Part shown: positions 1 to 13,109 of the stretch, in pieces
How positions within the stretch are numbered: the first letter of the stretch is position 1
How the letters are laid out: every line of letters starts with the position of its first letter
Assembly: GCA_030141605.1 (NCBI GenBank)
Contig: JAQGDQ010000093.1
Coordinates: 590,464 to 654,463, forward strand
Reading direction: 5' to 3'
DNA: 64,000 bases
Source: Tubiluchus corallicola
Lineage: Eukaryota > Animalia > Priapulida
Notes under the pieces: model-generated
What the model was told of the DNA's origin: nothing
Databases searched by the model: none
The model's input: only the letters and a program-made list of their open reading frames with translations
Translations under genes and position numbers: made by a program

Positions 1-90
1 ACTATAATTTGGTAGTTTTATCTCAGCGTAAGCGTTCTGCACAATGTAAATTTGTCTTAGTTTTGCAAATACCACTATTGTAAAGTTTAA

Positions 91-683
91 AGGACAAGAA
101 AAGAGATAGCTGAAGTAGGCTTCAGGAAAATCGCCTTAAAAATTATATTATTTTCTAGCAATTTTGTGCATATCTCGTACTCGCGTTGAAAGGAAATTTT
201 ATTTGTTTTCATTTTAAAGACGTCATACAGGCACAACGTAGATCAGGGGAAGAAAAGCAATGTTAAATTATATCCCAAAAAACTTTCCATGCAAATGTAC
301 ATTACTTAGTATTTCACTTACCTGCTTAACTAGAAAGTAAATTATTAATTATTTAAAATGTTTTCACCGATTGGTAAAATGTCGCTGAATCACCTCCAGG
401 GTGCACCACTCACTAACCAAACACATGTTTTTAATCTTACTGACAAGATACTGATTTCAGACAATATCATTTGAAATTTTACTTAATTAGCAAAATGTTT
501 GCTACGAATGCTCTGAATATTTTTTCAAACGTTGCTCAAAGTTATCTAAACTTGTTTCAAACGACCTACCATTAAAATGGCTGCGTCTAATGGTCGTCGC
601 GGCAGTTTAAACTTAGAGGTTTTATACAGCGTTAGTGCCGACGCAAACTCTGTATGCAAATGGCAGTACGTGAATGATATAAA
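91..683 (+). mobile_element. Kolobok-like MITE family A, 3'-truncated copy
   Basis: Starts ttaa|AGGACAAGAAAA; colinear with the full copies at 48982-49647 and 54833-55490. Confidence 0.8.
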
Positions 684-1204
684 ACAGCAAGACACGTCAC
701 ACTAGTCACGTGACACTAGTTACAAAATGGCCGCCAGCTTTGCGAAATTTTAATAAAAAAGATCGTTGAAATTGCGTTTTTCTCTCTAAGAGGTAATAAA
801 GACGTGAATGGGGAATTAGGATGCGGCAATTAACGTAAAACTCGTTAACTCCTTCATCCCGGATTTTTGCAATGAAGAAGCTGGACTTAATGAATAATTA
901 TCCCACGTTAATTGCCCATCAAGACACTCGACTTCATTATCTCATAATGGCCGGTACATTATAAAAAGAGGCGACAGAAATTCGCCCATTCCTATAGCTG
1001 ATGTTGGATCTCCGCTGGTTGATCGATTTCTGATTTTTTGCTCAATTTGTTAAACTGTTTCTCATTGTTGTGAAAATAGCTAATTTTTCGGAAATTTTCG
1101 CGGAAGTTTATCGGTTTTTTAATGGGTTCATAATCACTTACTGTTGAAATACTGAATCAAACAACCGAACATTAAATTGAAAATAAAAATGGAATTTCTG
1201 TCTA

Positions 1205-1305
1205 CTAAGGAGAAAATTGTTGCATTCTGTATAAAGAAAATTGTTGCATGCTATATAAGGAAAAGTGTTGCATGCTGTATAAGGAAAATTGTTGCATGTT
1301 GTATA
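1205..1305. repeat. ~24-bp minisatellite (aaggaaaattgttgcatgctgtat), about 4 copies
   Basis: Tandem units visible directly. Confidence 0.8.
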
Positions 1306-1329
1306 ATTTCTAATTTATTAGGTGAGAAC

Positions 1330-1445
1330 GTATTTTTGTAAATATTTTAGAACGTTTAATTTTTTAGCAAAAGGGGGAACGTAATTATTGGGCGACTGAA
1401 AACCCTGGTGTTTTAAAGCTCAGTTCAGCATTTCGCGAGGTGTAA
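1330..1445 (+). repeat. Short interspersed repeat fragment, second copy at ~8465-8560
   Basis: Shared tttttgtaaatattttagaac...taattattgg(g/c)cgactgaaaacc. Confidence 0.65.
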
Positions 1446-1460
1446 ATATGTGATTGTTAA

Positions 1461-1909
1461 AGGAAAATCGGATGATTTGTTAAATGAAAGCTTAGATTAA
1501 ATAATATTTACCTCGGATACTCAAATTTCGTTGAACTTTCAAAGCTACGCGCGGCTCAGTGAATTTACTAAGATTGGCAACGGCACTTTTTTATCACGTG
1601 CGCGTCGCCGAAAAATAGAAGGCGGTACCGCGATAAGCATGATCATGAACTGCTGTGTTAGTTTCTGACGTCACATGATGTAGAGCCCATTTTTTGTGAA
1701 ATCATGCGTTTAAACAGTACTGTAACACTTGTGCAAATGTGCTTGATGCGCAAGGGAAGACGGCTGCCATTGCACAAACTGTGGTTAGTTTCTGACGTGA
1801 GCAATAGCTGTCTTCGGTTGCCGTCAACTAACTTTCTAAGCTAATTATCCAAATATAAGAAACAATTGTTAACTTTTATAGGCAAGAAAAAGTATATTTT
1901 GGATTTCCT
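1461..1909 (+). mobile_element. Kolobok-like MITE family B, copy 1
   Basis: ttaa|AGGAAAATCGGA...GGATTTCCT|ttaa; colinear with 5584-6116. Confidence 0.85.
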
Positions 1910-2107
1910 TTAATATCGAAATTCCGTTTATAGATTTTTACATTTTTAATTGATAATTAATAATAAATAAATAATAATTAATAATAGATAAAAATAATTA
2001 AATTACATCAAAATAGAATTTATTGCCAACCGGTTTCGAATGAAACTTTTCATTGTCAAGGTATTTGAAACAAAGAAATTTACCAGAATTTGGAAATAAC
2101 ACCGCAA

Positions 2108-2400
2108 TACAAACAAGCAAGCAAATAAACAAGCAAACAAGCAAACAAGTAAGCAAGCAAGCTAACAAGGAAACAAGCAAGGAACACAAGGCAACAAGCA
2201 AGCAAACAAGAAAACAAGCAAGCAAACAGACAAGCAAACAAGCAAGCAAGCAAACAAACAAACAAGCAAACAATGAAACAAGCAAGGAAACAATTCAACA
2301 AACAAGCAAGGAAACAATTCAACAAACAAGCAAGCAAACAAACAAGTTAACAAGTAAACAAACAAACAAACAAACAAGCAAACCTTTAAACAAAGAAACA
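2108..2400. repeat. Degenerate (CAAA/CAAG)n tetranucleotide array
   Basis: Direct reading; source of spurious ORFs 1998-2533. Confidence 0.9.
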
Positions 2401-2569
2401 GGCAAAAAATGAAAACATAATTAAATAAACGAAGGAAGAAAAAAAGAAAAAAGATAGCAAGAAAGAAGAAAAAAGAAGGAAGAAAGAAAGACATAAAAAG
2501 TAAGAAAGAAAGAAACAAAGAAAGACAATACAATCCTAAAGATTGCGATTAATACTGTACTTCAGTATT

Positions 2570-2763
2570 CTATCTTTGTATATTTTATTGTAAGTACATT
2601 ATAAATTATAATACTTACAAACACATTTTTACAAAAAAAGACTTTCTTTACAAAGAGTTAGGGTTTGTTATCTAAAAGTCTAGAATCCTTTTGAGTTTCT
2701 TCACAACGATGTCCATAAATTGTCCTCCTTCCAGACCATTGGCATTAACGTTCAATTGTGATC
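2570..2763 (-). CDS. Candidate 3'-terminal exon of an unidentified minus-strand gene; longest frame SQLNVNANGLEGGQFMDIVVKKLKRILDF* (stop 2672-2674), followed by 3' UTR
   Basis: Acceptor tttattttaaatttcag|GATC, open frame to TAG, AATAAA about 85 nt downstream, unique non-repeat sequence. Confidence 0.5.
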
Positions 2764-2936
2764 CTGAAATTTAAAATAAATTCAGACTTTCCCGTGAAAT
2801 GAAGCTGAACAAATTTCTCGAGCATCTATGGAATTGGACACAAGTTGTTGTCATAAAACATGGCTTCTTGATTGGACAAGTGGAAATTCTAGGTTATTGT
2901 GAAAGGGGCTGATGTTGAAGCTACCAATAGAGGAAT

Positions 2937-3335
2937 CAGGTTGGATTATCTTATAAGCTAGTATAGGTTGCAGGCTATGGCCTCTCAAACTTGAGGGCAT
3001 GATAAAAGATTTTTAAATATATTTTTTTTGAAAAACGAGTATAATATTTTATTATTTGCAATAAATAGTAAAATAGAGGTATTTCTTAAACAGTATTTTT
3101 ATTGACAAACAAAAGACAGCTATTCTAGTTCATTAAAGACTTTGCAATAAGTTTTGCCTCAAGCTGTGTAAATGTTGCTAAAATATATCAGGACTACAAA
3201 ATGTTCAAGGCGTGTGCACGCGAGGTAGACGGCGGCTCCATCTGAGGGGGTGCAAGGCAGTTAGAGGGTGGCTCCATCTGAGGGGCCCACAATTTCATTA
3301 GACTTGAGGCCCTGAAAGGTCACAATCCGGCCCTG
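2937..3335. mobile_element. Degenerate hAT-like MITE
   Basis: Left end caggttggatt, right end aatccggccctg (CAGGGCCGGATT-type TIR); no clear target duplication. Confidence 0.45.
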
Positions 3336-3404
3336 TAGAAGGGTGATTTCAAAGCAATTATAAACATTTAAGTGTTTTAAAATGTGTTACATAGTTTGTG
3401 TTAA

Positions 3405-3963
3405 AGGAAGACAAGATGAATTTTCATATACTACCTTATTTTCAGGTACGATAAAAAAGTATACATTTAAATACAATTAATACTGCAAAAGCGTTTATGA
3501 TAATTAAATAATAGATTAAAAACTTAATTAACGGCGGGCGAGCCCAACTATTGATGACGTCACAAACGAACATAATCGTCAACAGCAGAAATATTCCACG
3601 AGCGTGTTGCAAGTGTTTGCGAAAGAGAAAATTGAAGTACAGTGCTACTGTAAGATATTCAGCGTTTTGTACTAAAACTAGGCAAGTTTTAAGGTAAAAA
3701 CTCAAATTTCAAATTTACCGCTGTGCTCACACATGAGCTGTCGAACGTGTGTAGTGCGTCACAAACTAACACATTGGAACTGAGAGGTACAGCACCTGTT
3801 GTTGTGCAATACGTTTCCGAAATGCTGGTGCTAATGCCCGTCTAACCAGCGAAATGTGAAATGCAAGTAACAGTGAAGAACTAGAGGCGCGAACGTGAAA
3901 TTGTGTTTGTGTGTTAGTCATTTTTGTCTTGACCTGCAGTTTAAGATTGGATCCGTTTTTGCT
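3405..3963 (+). mobile_element. Kolobok-like MITE family C, near-complete copy
   Basis: ttaa|AGGAAGACAAGAT...ATCCGTTTTTGCT|ttaa; homologs at 14738, 25372, 34491, 53660, 57598, 61730. Confidence 0.85.
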
Positions 3964-4226
3964 TTAATAGAAGCTGTAAGATACCCTGTTCCGTTGCGTT
4001 ACAAGTTTGAGCTTTTAGCAATAATGATCAGAAAACACCCTACATAATTAAGTATTAGTAATACGTTTTTTTAAATTTGCAGTTTCATTTAAGATGAAGA
4101 TGATGAAAATTATTTGTTTATTATATAAAATTCCCCTTTCTTTCCCTTTAAATGTAGAAATGTTACGAAATTTGTTAATTTCACGGGTCGTTGTGATTTC
4201 CTAATCTTTCCTTGTTTGTTTTCCAG

Positions 4227-4256
4227 GATTACAAAATTTTCTCACTTGTACAATTG
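4227..4256 (+). other. Candidate 30-nt plus-strand microexon
   Basis: ctttccttgtttgttttccag|GATTAC...CAATTG|gtaagt; all three frames open. Confidence 0.3.
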
Positions 4257-4807
4257 GTAAGTTATCTCACTTTATTTAATTTTTTATTTAAGACGCATAT
4301 CTTAAAGGAAAAGTCAAGCTTTCTGGGAAGTTGTTCTTATTTCAATGTTTACGAATAATGTTAGAAGGATTTAGCAATAAAAGTGCGATAGAGCTTGTAT
4401 AATTTAAAGTCGGGTGCTCCTATTTTGGGCGCAATTGGGCACAGTTGGGCGCTCCTATTTAGGGCGCAAACTGTTTGTCAACTGCTAAAGTCTTGTGCTA
4501 CTATACTATACTGTGTTATGTCTATTATAATTGTTTAAGGCAGTTTCATTTTAGTTCATCGGTTGTTTTGAATACACTAACAAAAGGCTTTAAGTAAATT
4601 AGATATTGATTAGACATATATTTCTTTAGCTGCTAACACAATTTTTATTATAACATTATAATAATGTATATAATTATTAATCATGACTCGCAACAAGCTG
4701 CTAACAGTGTCACTCGTAAAAATAGGGGTGGTTGCTTTTGGTCTTTCGTCACCCCGTTTCAATCTTAAAGAAATATTATATGTGTAACTTTAAATGAGAC
4801 TAATAAA

Positions 4808-5410
4808 ATCTGATCTAATCTAACCTCATCTCATCTCATCTCATCTCATCTCATCTCATCTCATCTCATCTCATCTCATCTCATCTCATCTCATCTCATC
4901 TCATCTCATCTCATCTCATCTCATCTCATCTCATCTCATCTCATCTCATCTCATCTCATATCATCTCATCTCATCTCATCTCATCTCATCTCATCTCATC
5001 TCATCTCATCTCATCTCATCTCATCTCATCTCATCTCATCTCATCTCATCTCATCTCATCTCATCTCATCTCATCTCATCTCATCTCATCTCATCTCATC
5101 TCATCCATCTCATCTCATCTCATCTCACCTCACCTCACCTCACCTCACCTCACCTAACCTAACCTAACCTAACCTAACCTAACCTAACCTAACCTAACCT
5201 AACCTAAACTAATCGAATCGAATCGAATCGAATCTCACCTCACCTCGCCTCGCCTCGCCTCGCCTCGCCTCGTCTCGTCTCATGCCATCCCATCCCATCC
5301 CATCCCATCCCATCCCATCCCATCATATACAACCCAACCCAACCCAACCCAACCCAACCTAACCTAAAATAACCTAATCTAACCTAACCTAACCCACCTA
5401 ACCTAACCTG
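4808..5410. repeat. Compound pentanucleotide array (TCTCA, CCTCA, CCTAA, ATCGA, CCTCG, CCCAT, CCCAA, CCTAA)
   Basis: Direct reading. Confidence 0.95.
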
Positions 5411-5583
5411 ACGTACGTCATAATTTTCATATGAACAGCGGCTACCCCCTTACCTGGCAGTAGAATAAATTTACTTTATGACTTAGCGACAGTTTTTTGC
5501 AAATTTCTTCATTATATTTTTCTAAGTTTAAATGTTAACAATAAAATAAACCCAACATACTAAGCGACTTGTCTTTTCTTTAA

Positions 5584-6116
5584 AGGAAAACCGGATGATT
5601 GTGTAAATATTAGTTCAGAATAAAGAGAATGCTCTAAAATATTGAAAACTACATAACTTTTTTAAAATCAAAACTTAGATTAAATAATAATTTCCTCGAA
5701 TACTCAAATGTTGTTAAACCTTTTAAGCTAGTGAATCTACTAAGACTGGAAATGGCGCCTTTCTGTCACATTCGCGTGGCCGACAAATAGAAGGCAGTAC
5801 CGTGATAACCACGATCATGAACTGCAGTGTTAGTTTCTGACGTCATATGACGTAGAGCCCATATTCGTGACATCACGCGTTTAAGCAGTAACACTTGACG
5901 CAAATGTGCTTGACGCGCAAGGGAAGATGCCTGCCATTTTACAAACTGTGCTTAGTTTGTGACGTAAGCAGTAGCTGTGTTCGGTTGCCGTTCCTTAACT
6001 TTCTAAGCTAATTATTCAAATATAAGAAACAATTGCTAACTTTTATAGGCAAGAAAATGTATATTTTGGATAGTAAATTAAAATGAGATTCAGTGTAAAC
6101 AATGTCCAATTTTCCT
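5584..6116 (+). mobile_element. Kolobok-like MITE family B, copy 2 (longer)
   Basis: ttaa|AGGAAAACCGGA...TCCAATTTTCCT|ttaa. Confidence 0.85.
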
Positions 6117-6299
6117 TTAAATAATTATTCTAGCGTGAAAGTGAGAGGGGGGGCAGAAATTATTATCCTGCGTCTGATTCGACAATTCTAACCCACTTTT
6201 CACCCCTCAGCTAAGCAATAAACAGTTGTACAATCTAACAGATGTGGATCAATCCCCAAGCTTTATCTTCCCAACATAAGATCGTTACCTTTTTAACCC

Positions 6300-6520
6300 A
6301 CCGATCGATAGATGTCGCTTCTCGCTTACGTCACGTGATCGCTTTAACTTAATTCACCGAGAAGCCAATATGTTGTGTAAGCTTTTCCATTATATTAACC
6401 CATTCAGTTGAAAAACCGAAGTCTATTAGCCGGCTTCATCATGCGTCGGTGAAATGTAGGCTGATGTTTTGGCGCTTCACCTCTTCCATAGATCAAAGTT
6501 TAGCGCATGCGCACTGCGAT
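6300..6520. promoter_or_regulatory. Promoter/enhancer-like motif cluster
   Basis: ACGTCACGTGA 6328-6338 (CRE/E-box), CCAAT 6365, GCGCATGCGC 6503-6512 (NRF1 consensus), CpG-enriched unique sequence. Confidence 0.35.
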
Positions 6521-7084
6521 TTGCTTGTTTTTCGCTCTCAGCCTCATTATTAATTTACAGCAGGTGCATTGTACCGAGTTGACAACGTAAATTTCATAAT
6601 TTATGCCTAGAATAAATTTACCACTCAGCGAATTACAAGCGAGCATGTATTATTTAATAGTTTGCGGAAATTTGTAATAACAATTAATGTAGATTTATTG
6701 GTCCTGCAAGTTGTAATATATATATGTAACGTTGCTTCGAATTTTGTCAAATTAAGCATTGGTCGTGAATCTTTCTGAAAATAAATAATAAAAAACGAAG
6801 CTACGTTTACAGTTAGAGATAATTATGACGAGCGAAAGAAATTCAGTTTTGAAAAATGTGCGCATTTATCATGGGATTGTTAGCAATTATTTCGATAGCA
6901 AATTTTTGCACAGAGAGGTAATCATTTACATATTTTCCTAATTTGTTAATTTTGACTAAAGGAAGTAACAATTCGTTACATTTTTTCTTTGCTTTCTATC
7001 TGCCTGCCTGCCTTCTCTATCATGCTCATGGGTGGTTGTAATAAGAGGAATAAATTACATGTGTCCTCTCTTCACAATCCAACT

Positions 7085-7349
7085 TTTCCTTTTCCATTGA
7101 TCACTTATCTTTTCTTGTGACCTTTTTACCATCTTTTTTACTTTTTTCTTGTCTTGTTTTACCAACTTCTTTTTTCTCCTTCACTAATTTTAATTCGCAC
7201 TTTATTTCTTACTTTTCTGTTTGTCCCACTGTCCTTCTCCCCTTTTCTTCTTTAACTTTTCTCTTCCTTTTTTCCTCCTCCTCTCTCAATTTCCTTTTCT
7301 TCTTTTTCTCTATCTCTGTTTCTTCCTCTCTTTGTTTCTCTCTCTACTT

Positions 7350-7397
<48 letters not shown>

Positions 7398-7545
7398 CTC
7401 TCCCCCCTCTGTTTTTCTTTCTTTTTTATTTTTCATTCTCCCTTTTTTCACGTTGTCTTTTTCTTTCTTTTCTCTAGCCATGCTTTTCTATTTCTTTCCC
7501 ATTTTTTCTCTGCAGAGCACCTCTTTACAGCCTTCACTTTTTTAA
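7085..7545. repeat. Pyrimidine-rich low-complexity tract with (CT)n core
   Basis: Direct reading. Confidence 0.9.
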
Positions 7546-7605
7546 ATCGTTTATTTTCAACGTGGCCACGACGTGAAGCCGTAACCTCTACCAGTAATTA
7601 CTTAC

Positions 7606-7665
7606 AACCACTCTCCCAAGCGTCTGATTCCGATAATAAAACCAGTTTCTTTCCCGTAAAACAAC
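7606..7665 (-). other. Candidate 60-nt minus-strand exon
   Basis: ccccgtctcttccag|GTTGTT...GTGGTT|gtaagt; all three frames open. Confidence 0.4.
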
Positions 7666-8094
7666 CTGGAAGAGACGGGGAATCATCCGACATCTTTCAC
7701 AAATGGATTACGAATCAGGCAAATGAATTATTAACTGCGTGCAATGTTGAGACGGATTTGTGCATGATTAGCTGAAGCGTAATACCACACCAGTTATTAC
7801 GTGCGTGTTGATGATTGAAGCATAATGTCGCATCCCTTTTGTACAGTAGCAGTTGTGTGTTTAAGCAAGATTTTTTTCCTCAGTTATTTTCTAGGTTGAT
7901 AAAAAGAGAAAGGTCAGCAAAACTAAACTGACTTTTATAATATTCAGTAACGGAGTAAGCATTTCAATATTGTTTTCAAACGATGCCTGTTTGCATCTAT
8001 GTGTCGTGAACGTATGCCTCGTGTAAAGAGCAACTTCTTGTGAACGCCCTGCAGGCGTGAGATTATAATACTTAAGAGCTAGTAGTCACTGACC

Positions 8095-8265
8095 CTACCA
8101 CCGGAAGTATGCTAGAAGCGGTTACTCTAGCCAATCAGATGTGTATTAGGATGTGTATAAAGGTCAATCAACAGCAAATTGGAAGTAGTGCCCGTCTCCA
8201 TGGTGACAAAGCAGCAGAGGACGTTACTATGGTGACAGGTCAGCAGTGGCTCGTTGCTAGGTGTT
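8095..8265 (+). promoter_or_regulatory. Promoter-like cluster with tandem RFX X-boxes
   Basis: ACCGGAAGT 8100, CCAAT 8131, TATAAA 8156, GTCTCCATGGTGAC 8194-8207, GTTACTATGGTGAC 8223-8236, GTTGCTAGG 8253. Confidence 0.4.
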
Positions 8266-9136
8266 ATTAAGGATAGATGTTTTTAGAGGTGTTAACTTAG
8301 ATGTGGCATAAGTTAACTAAGCTTAGCCTCAGAATTGGGGTATAAGGACCAGCATTATCAGTCAGTTTGTAGACTGCATGTTGATGATTGTCCCTTTTGT
8401 ACAGCAGAAGTTCTGTGTTTATGCGAGATTTTTTTTATTGGTGTCGCAAATGCGGATTAGATTTTTGTTTTTTGTAAATATTTTAGAACTTTTAATATTT
8501 TAGCTCTTTACAAAAAAGGGGGAGTAATTATTGGCCGACTGAAAACCTGGTGGTTAAAGTTCAAGTCCACATTTCGATGTACTAAAATATAATTAGAATA
8601 AAGTATGTTAGTATCGAAATTCTGAGTAGTAATGCCCTTTATGGAAAACAAGAACGATTTAAAATATGCCCATAGTTATTTTTACATTACAGGAACATTT
8701 AACAAGTGATATTTACAATGAATATATGGAAAATAACGACTACATGATAATGGCGATTCGAATAAATACAGCAACATGCTACGTTTTAGGCAGAGAAGTG
8801 CTATGTATGTGCCATTGGCTACATTAAGTTAGCGACTACGTCAAAATGAGCATGAGTGAAACAATTTACATAAACACTACAAAATACAAATATAAAGACT
8901 ACATACCGAGAACTGGCTACGGATTAACCTCGATAATGAGGAGGCGGAGTGTAATAGCATGATCTTATGTCACCCCAAGCTAGCTAGAAAATTTTTGGCA
9001 AGATTACAACTATATATATCTTCTGTGAAGGAAGCCTGTGTATAGGTGATTACACGGCTAATTGGGAATGAATCCGAAATTAGTTTACATAGAGTTAAAT
9101 ATATACTATGAAAACATGTTTACTAGGGCAGATCTA

Positions 9137-9437
9137 TGTAACGGTGAATAAACACTTTTACTCGAGAAGCACCATCCTGGCGTTGTTGGACAACAAAACT
9201 GAACTGAGTTCTACAACAGTCCCAATATCCGTCATACAAGACACTCATTAAGATCAGAATTTAATGTCTTGAAATAAACAGCAACTTTATTAAACACTAA
9301 TAAACGAAACGACAACAACAGCCTTCATATTATCTCAGCCATGCCGTCCGCTTCACAACACTGAAGAACACTCTGATGCAATCATAGAACAATGCAGCAA
9401 GTGCTGCCATCTATTAGTGACAATGCATACCTTACGA
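9137..9437 (-). mobile_element. Possible decayed solo LTR
   Basis: tgtaac...cttacga imperfect terminal inverted ends, internal minus-strand AATAAA (~9286), ~300 bp; no clear target duplication. Confidence 0.25.
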
Positions 9438-10544
9438 CTTAAATTGCATTTTATAATCACCATCATCAACATCATCATCATCGTATGCCCATTACGTTTA
9501 TGGTAGATATGGGGGGGGGGGCAGAATTCTTAAATAAATCTACCCTCAAGACAGGTAAACACAGCACTAATCCAGCAAAAAACTAAACATTGCTATGCCA
9601 ATGGCTTGTCAGCACCACTTCCGGATTATAGTAGCAGCATAATTTTAAATCGTTTTGATTTAATTCCCAATAACGAATTAGACTCATTAACATTCCGATC
9701 TTGTGTATTTATAAATATTTTTTATTCTCGTTTAATCTCTGAAGAAAAAAATCACCGAGTCCCTGTGGAATAAGGTATCGTATACATTTTTGACGGTGCG
9801 TCTCTGCAATTAGCATTCTCGCATGTGGAGTTTCCATTAGTGAACAAAACAAGTAATGGAAAAATATGGCGCCGTCAGTGAGAGCAGTATTTGAGTTAAT
9901 TTTTAATGAAGACATTTGTAAATACATGTAGCCACTAGTCTACATTAAAAATGATAAAACCTCGTCCCCAGGATAATACTTACCCGTTGCAATATCAAAT
10001 TTTAAGAATTCTTGCTTGTGTAATGCGTTAAAGTCGACAACAGATGGCAGACTTGGCAACTGAGATGTCGATTACCTAGGGGCTACGTTTCTGGTTATGT
10101 TATATCTTTTACTAGTGGTTTGGGTTAGAGTTTAGGGTAGCTAGCTTAATGCAGCATAGGAGCAGCATATTTCTAAATCATATTCTTTTCATTTCAGTAA
10201 CGAATTAGACTCATTGGCTTATCAAAGTGTGTTTGATTGTGCTGCCATCTAAGGGCAAACTATGCAGATAAATCAGATAGCGTTTGTTCAAGATGACAGG
10301 AACAGAAATTTGCTCTACAGCGGTTTATTGAATTACTTAAATGTCAAATTAAATGTCTGAACTCCTAGACGTTTATAAATTGATCAAGTTGTAGATTGAT
10401 CAAGGTCGTCAAGGTCAATGTTATTGCTTTAACAAAAAACAAATTGTCGAAGAGATTCAAGTCTTTTCGTCTTGTGATTCAATTGTGTATGTTTCAAGGG
10501 ACGCCTAGCTGCCAAAGAATGCTTTATGATGATCGTTTTAGAAT

Positions 10545-10549
<5 letters not shown>

Positions 10550-10637
<88 letters not shown>
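10550..10637. repeat. (GA)n microsatellite
   Basis: Direct reading. Confidence 0.98.
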
Positions 10638-10642
<5 letters not shown>

Positions 10643-11389
10643 AAACAAACGTCTCGAAAAAATAGGAAAACTATAGTAAACACATCTGCTGTCATAATGC
10701 CTGGACTTCCAGGAATCCATCCCTGGTATTATTTTCCTGGATAAATTGGCTGGCAAAATGACCCGCTTTTAGTATTTTCAATTTTGTTACATGGACAATC
10801 AACAGACATTGTGCATTGAAAAAGGGGCGAGCTCTTTTATATCACGCGGTTTATGCATCTTAAAATATTCATATTTAATAAAGGAAACGTGGGTATTCAG
10901 TGACGGATCGTCAGAATGTCAGGAGTTCAGAGAAAATGTTTTTCACAAAAATTCTTACAGTATTCTTGCCGACACGTTGACGTTTTTAGGTACTTCTAAC
11001 AACAACACGAATGCTTAATTAAACAATGCGTTTCCATTGGCTATTAGGAAACGCTTTTATGCAGCGCCCTCTCTATACATCCGGGCTTTTATGTAAGAAC
11101 AAATTTGCTTGGAAAATTTCGTCTTTTTGAAATGTTTAAGCAAAATTTGTGCGCATAATTTCGAAAGATTGCGCGGTTTAACTTAATTTGCCAGTGAATT
11201 TCTCGGTGAACGTAAGCAGTGCTTTGATTGTAAATTTGTGGAATATACGTTGTTAAGTGCAGGCATAAAATACTGTAATTTAACAGGTTTAACTTATGTA
11301 AGGTCATATAACGGAAACGGTAACTGCAACAAAGGCTCCAGATAAAGCAAAAGTTGTTAAGATATAAAATGTTTCAAGCATAATATAGT

Positions 11390-11826
<437 letters not shown>

Positions 11827-11934
11827 AAAAAGAAGTCTTTATTCAAACAGGAACATATATGCAAAAAGGTGCCTCTTTTTGCAGGCTCAGATTAACAATT
11901 TACGTTTTCATATTCTCAACGCAAGTACGATAAA

Positions 11935-12580
11935 TGTATAAAATTGCTATAAAGTAATATAATATAACGCGTTTTTCTGAAACCTACTTCAGTACCCCTT
12001 TTTTGTCCGTTAAGTCTCTACAAAAATCCCCTGGCCTGTTAAAAAGACATGAAGCACTGTCAATGAAAGACAGTTAAAATCAAGCACAAGAAAACTCTAT
12101 ACTTATATAGAAATAAAAAAATTGCCTTGAAATTTTGTATCACCTACTACTGTTTTATTGTATATAGAGCTTGCGTTAGCAACGATGCTGTATAAAACTT
12201 GTTGATTTAAACTCCCCTGATGACCGTTAGGTGTAGCCATTTCAACGTTAGGTCATTTGAAACAAGTTTAAATAACGTTGCATAAAATTTGACAAAATAA
12301 TCAGAGCATTCGTAGCATACTTTTCCCTAGCTAAGCAAAAGTTTAAATTACTTTATATAGTCAATGAGATTAATAATATATTTTTTTTGATGAATCAGTG
12401 GTGCACATTGGGAAGGTGTGACAGTGACGCTTTTCCAGGCGTGAACGTTTTAAATGACTAAGAATCATTTTTTCTAGCTGCATAAGTCCTTCAAACAGGT
12501 AAGCGTAATGTTGAGTAATATAAGTCTGTGTGAAAAGTTTTTTGAAACATAATTTAAAATTACCATTTCTTTTCCTTTAA
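11935..12580 (-). mobile_element. Family A fragments (left end ~11935-12012; body ~12165-12580)
   Basis: Reverse complement of family A, e.g. tttctgaaacctacttcag, ggtgcacattgggaaggtg, cagagcattcgtagc. Confidence 0.7.
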
Positions 12581-12737
12581 CTAGTTTTTGAATAAACCAA
12601 CCCAAGCAACTGTTTGAGCGCTATTACACTATTATGTAATGCAATAGTAACGTAACATTACAGTAATGGTAGTAACGTAATATTATGTAATGTAACACTA
12701 TTACGTTATGTAATTGTGTTAATAAAAATAAATTGTA

Positions 12738-12955
12738 CAGAGTGTTCCTGAACAAATACTGCAATAGACATATGCTGATACGCTGAAATGTGTTAATCAA
12801 ATCATAAAGAAATACTACGGGTGACTTTGCATTGTGACGCCACAATGAGGTAAAATGTCAATTGTATTTGCATAATTCTAACTTCGCTACTTTTGTTTTT
12901 GCACACTACTATATTATATCAGCATATTTTTGCTGCACTGTTCTGGGACACCCTG
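12738..12955. mobile_element. Tc1/mariner-like MITE (218 bp)
   Basis: ta|CAGAGTGTTCCTGAAC...GTTCTGGGACACCCTG|ta; TA target duplication. Confidence 0.75.
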
Positions 12956-13109
12956 TACAATGCCAACCTGCAGTTTCATCTTCCACAAGACAGGCTCTTC
13001 AATTTAGTTATGAGGGTTCGTTACATATGACTAATAGTATGAGCAGGCCTGTGCCAAAAATTATTCGTATTTCCTATTTTGATCTAATAATAATTGAATT
13101 GATAAAGTA

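Noticed and set aside
5153-5206. (CCTAA)n as an arthropod-type TTAGG telomere remnant
   Set aside because: It is one short step in an in-phase pentamer series, better explained by point mutation plus slippage
2762-7606. TGA formed at the 7606/2763 junction in one frame as a selenocysteine codon
   Set aside because: No SECIS-like hairpin is recognisable in the short AT-rich 3' UTR, and the junction itself is unproven
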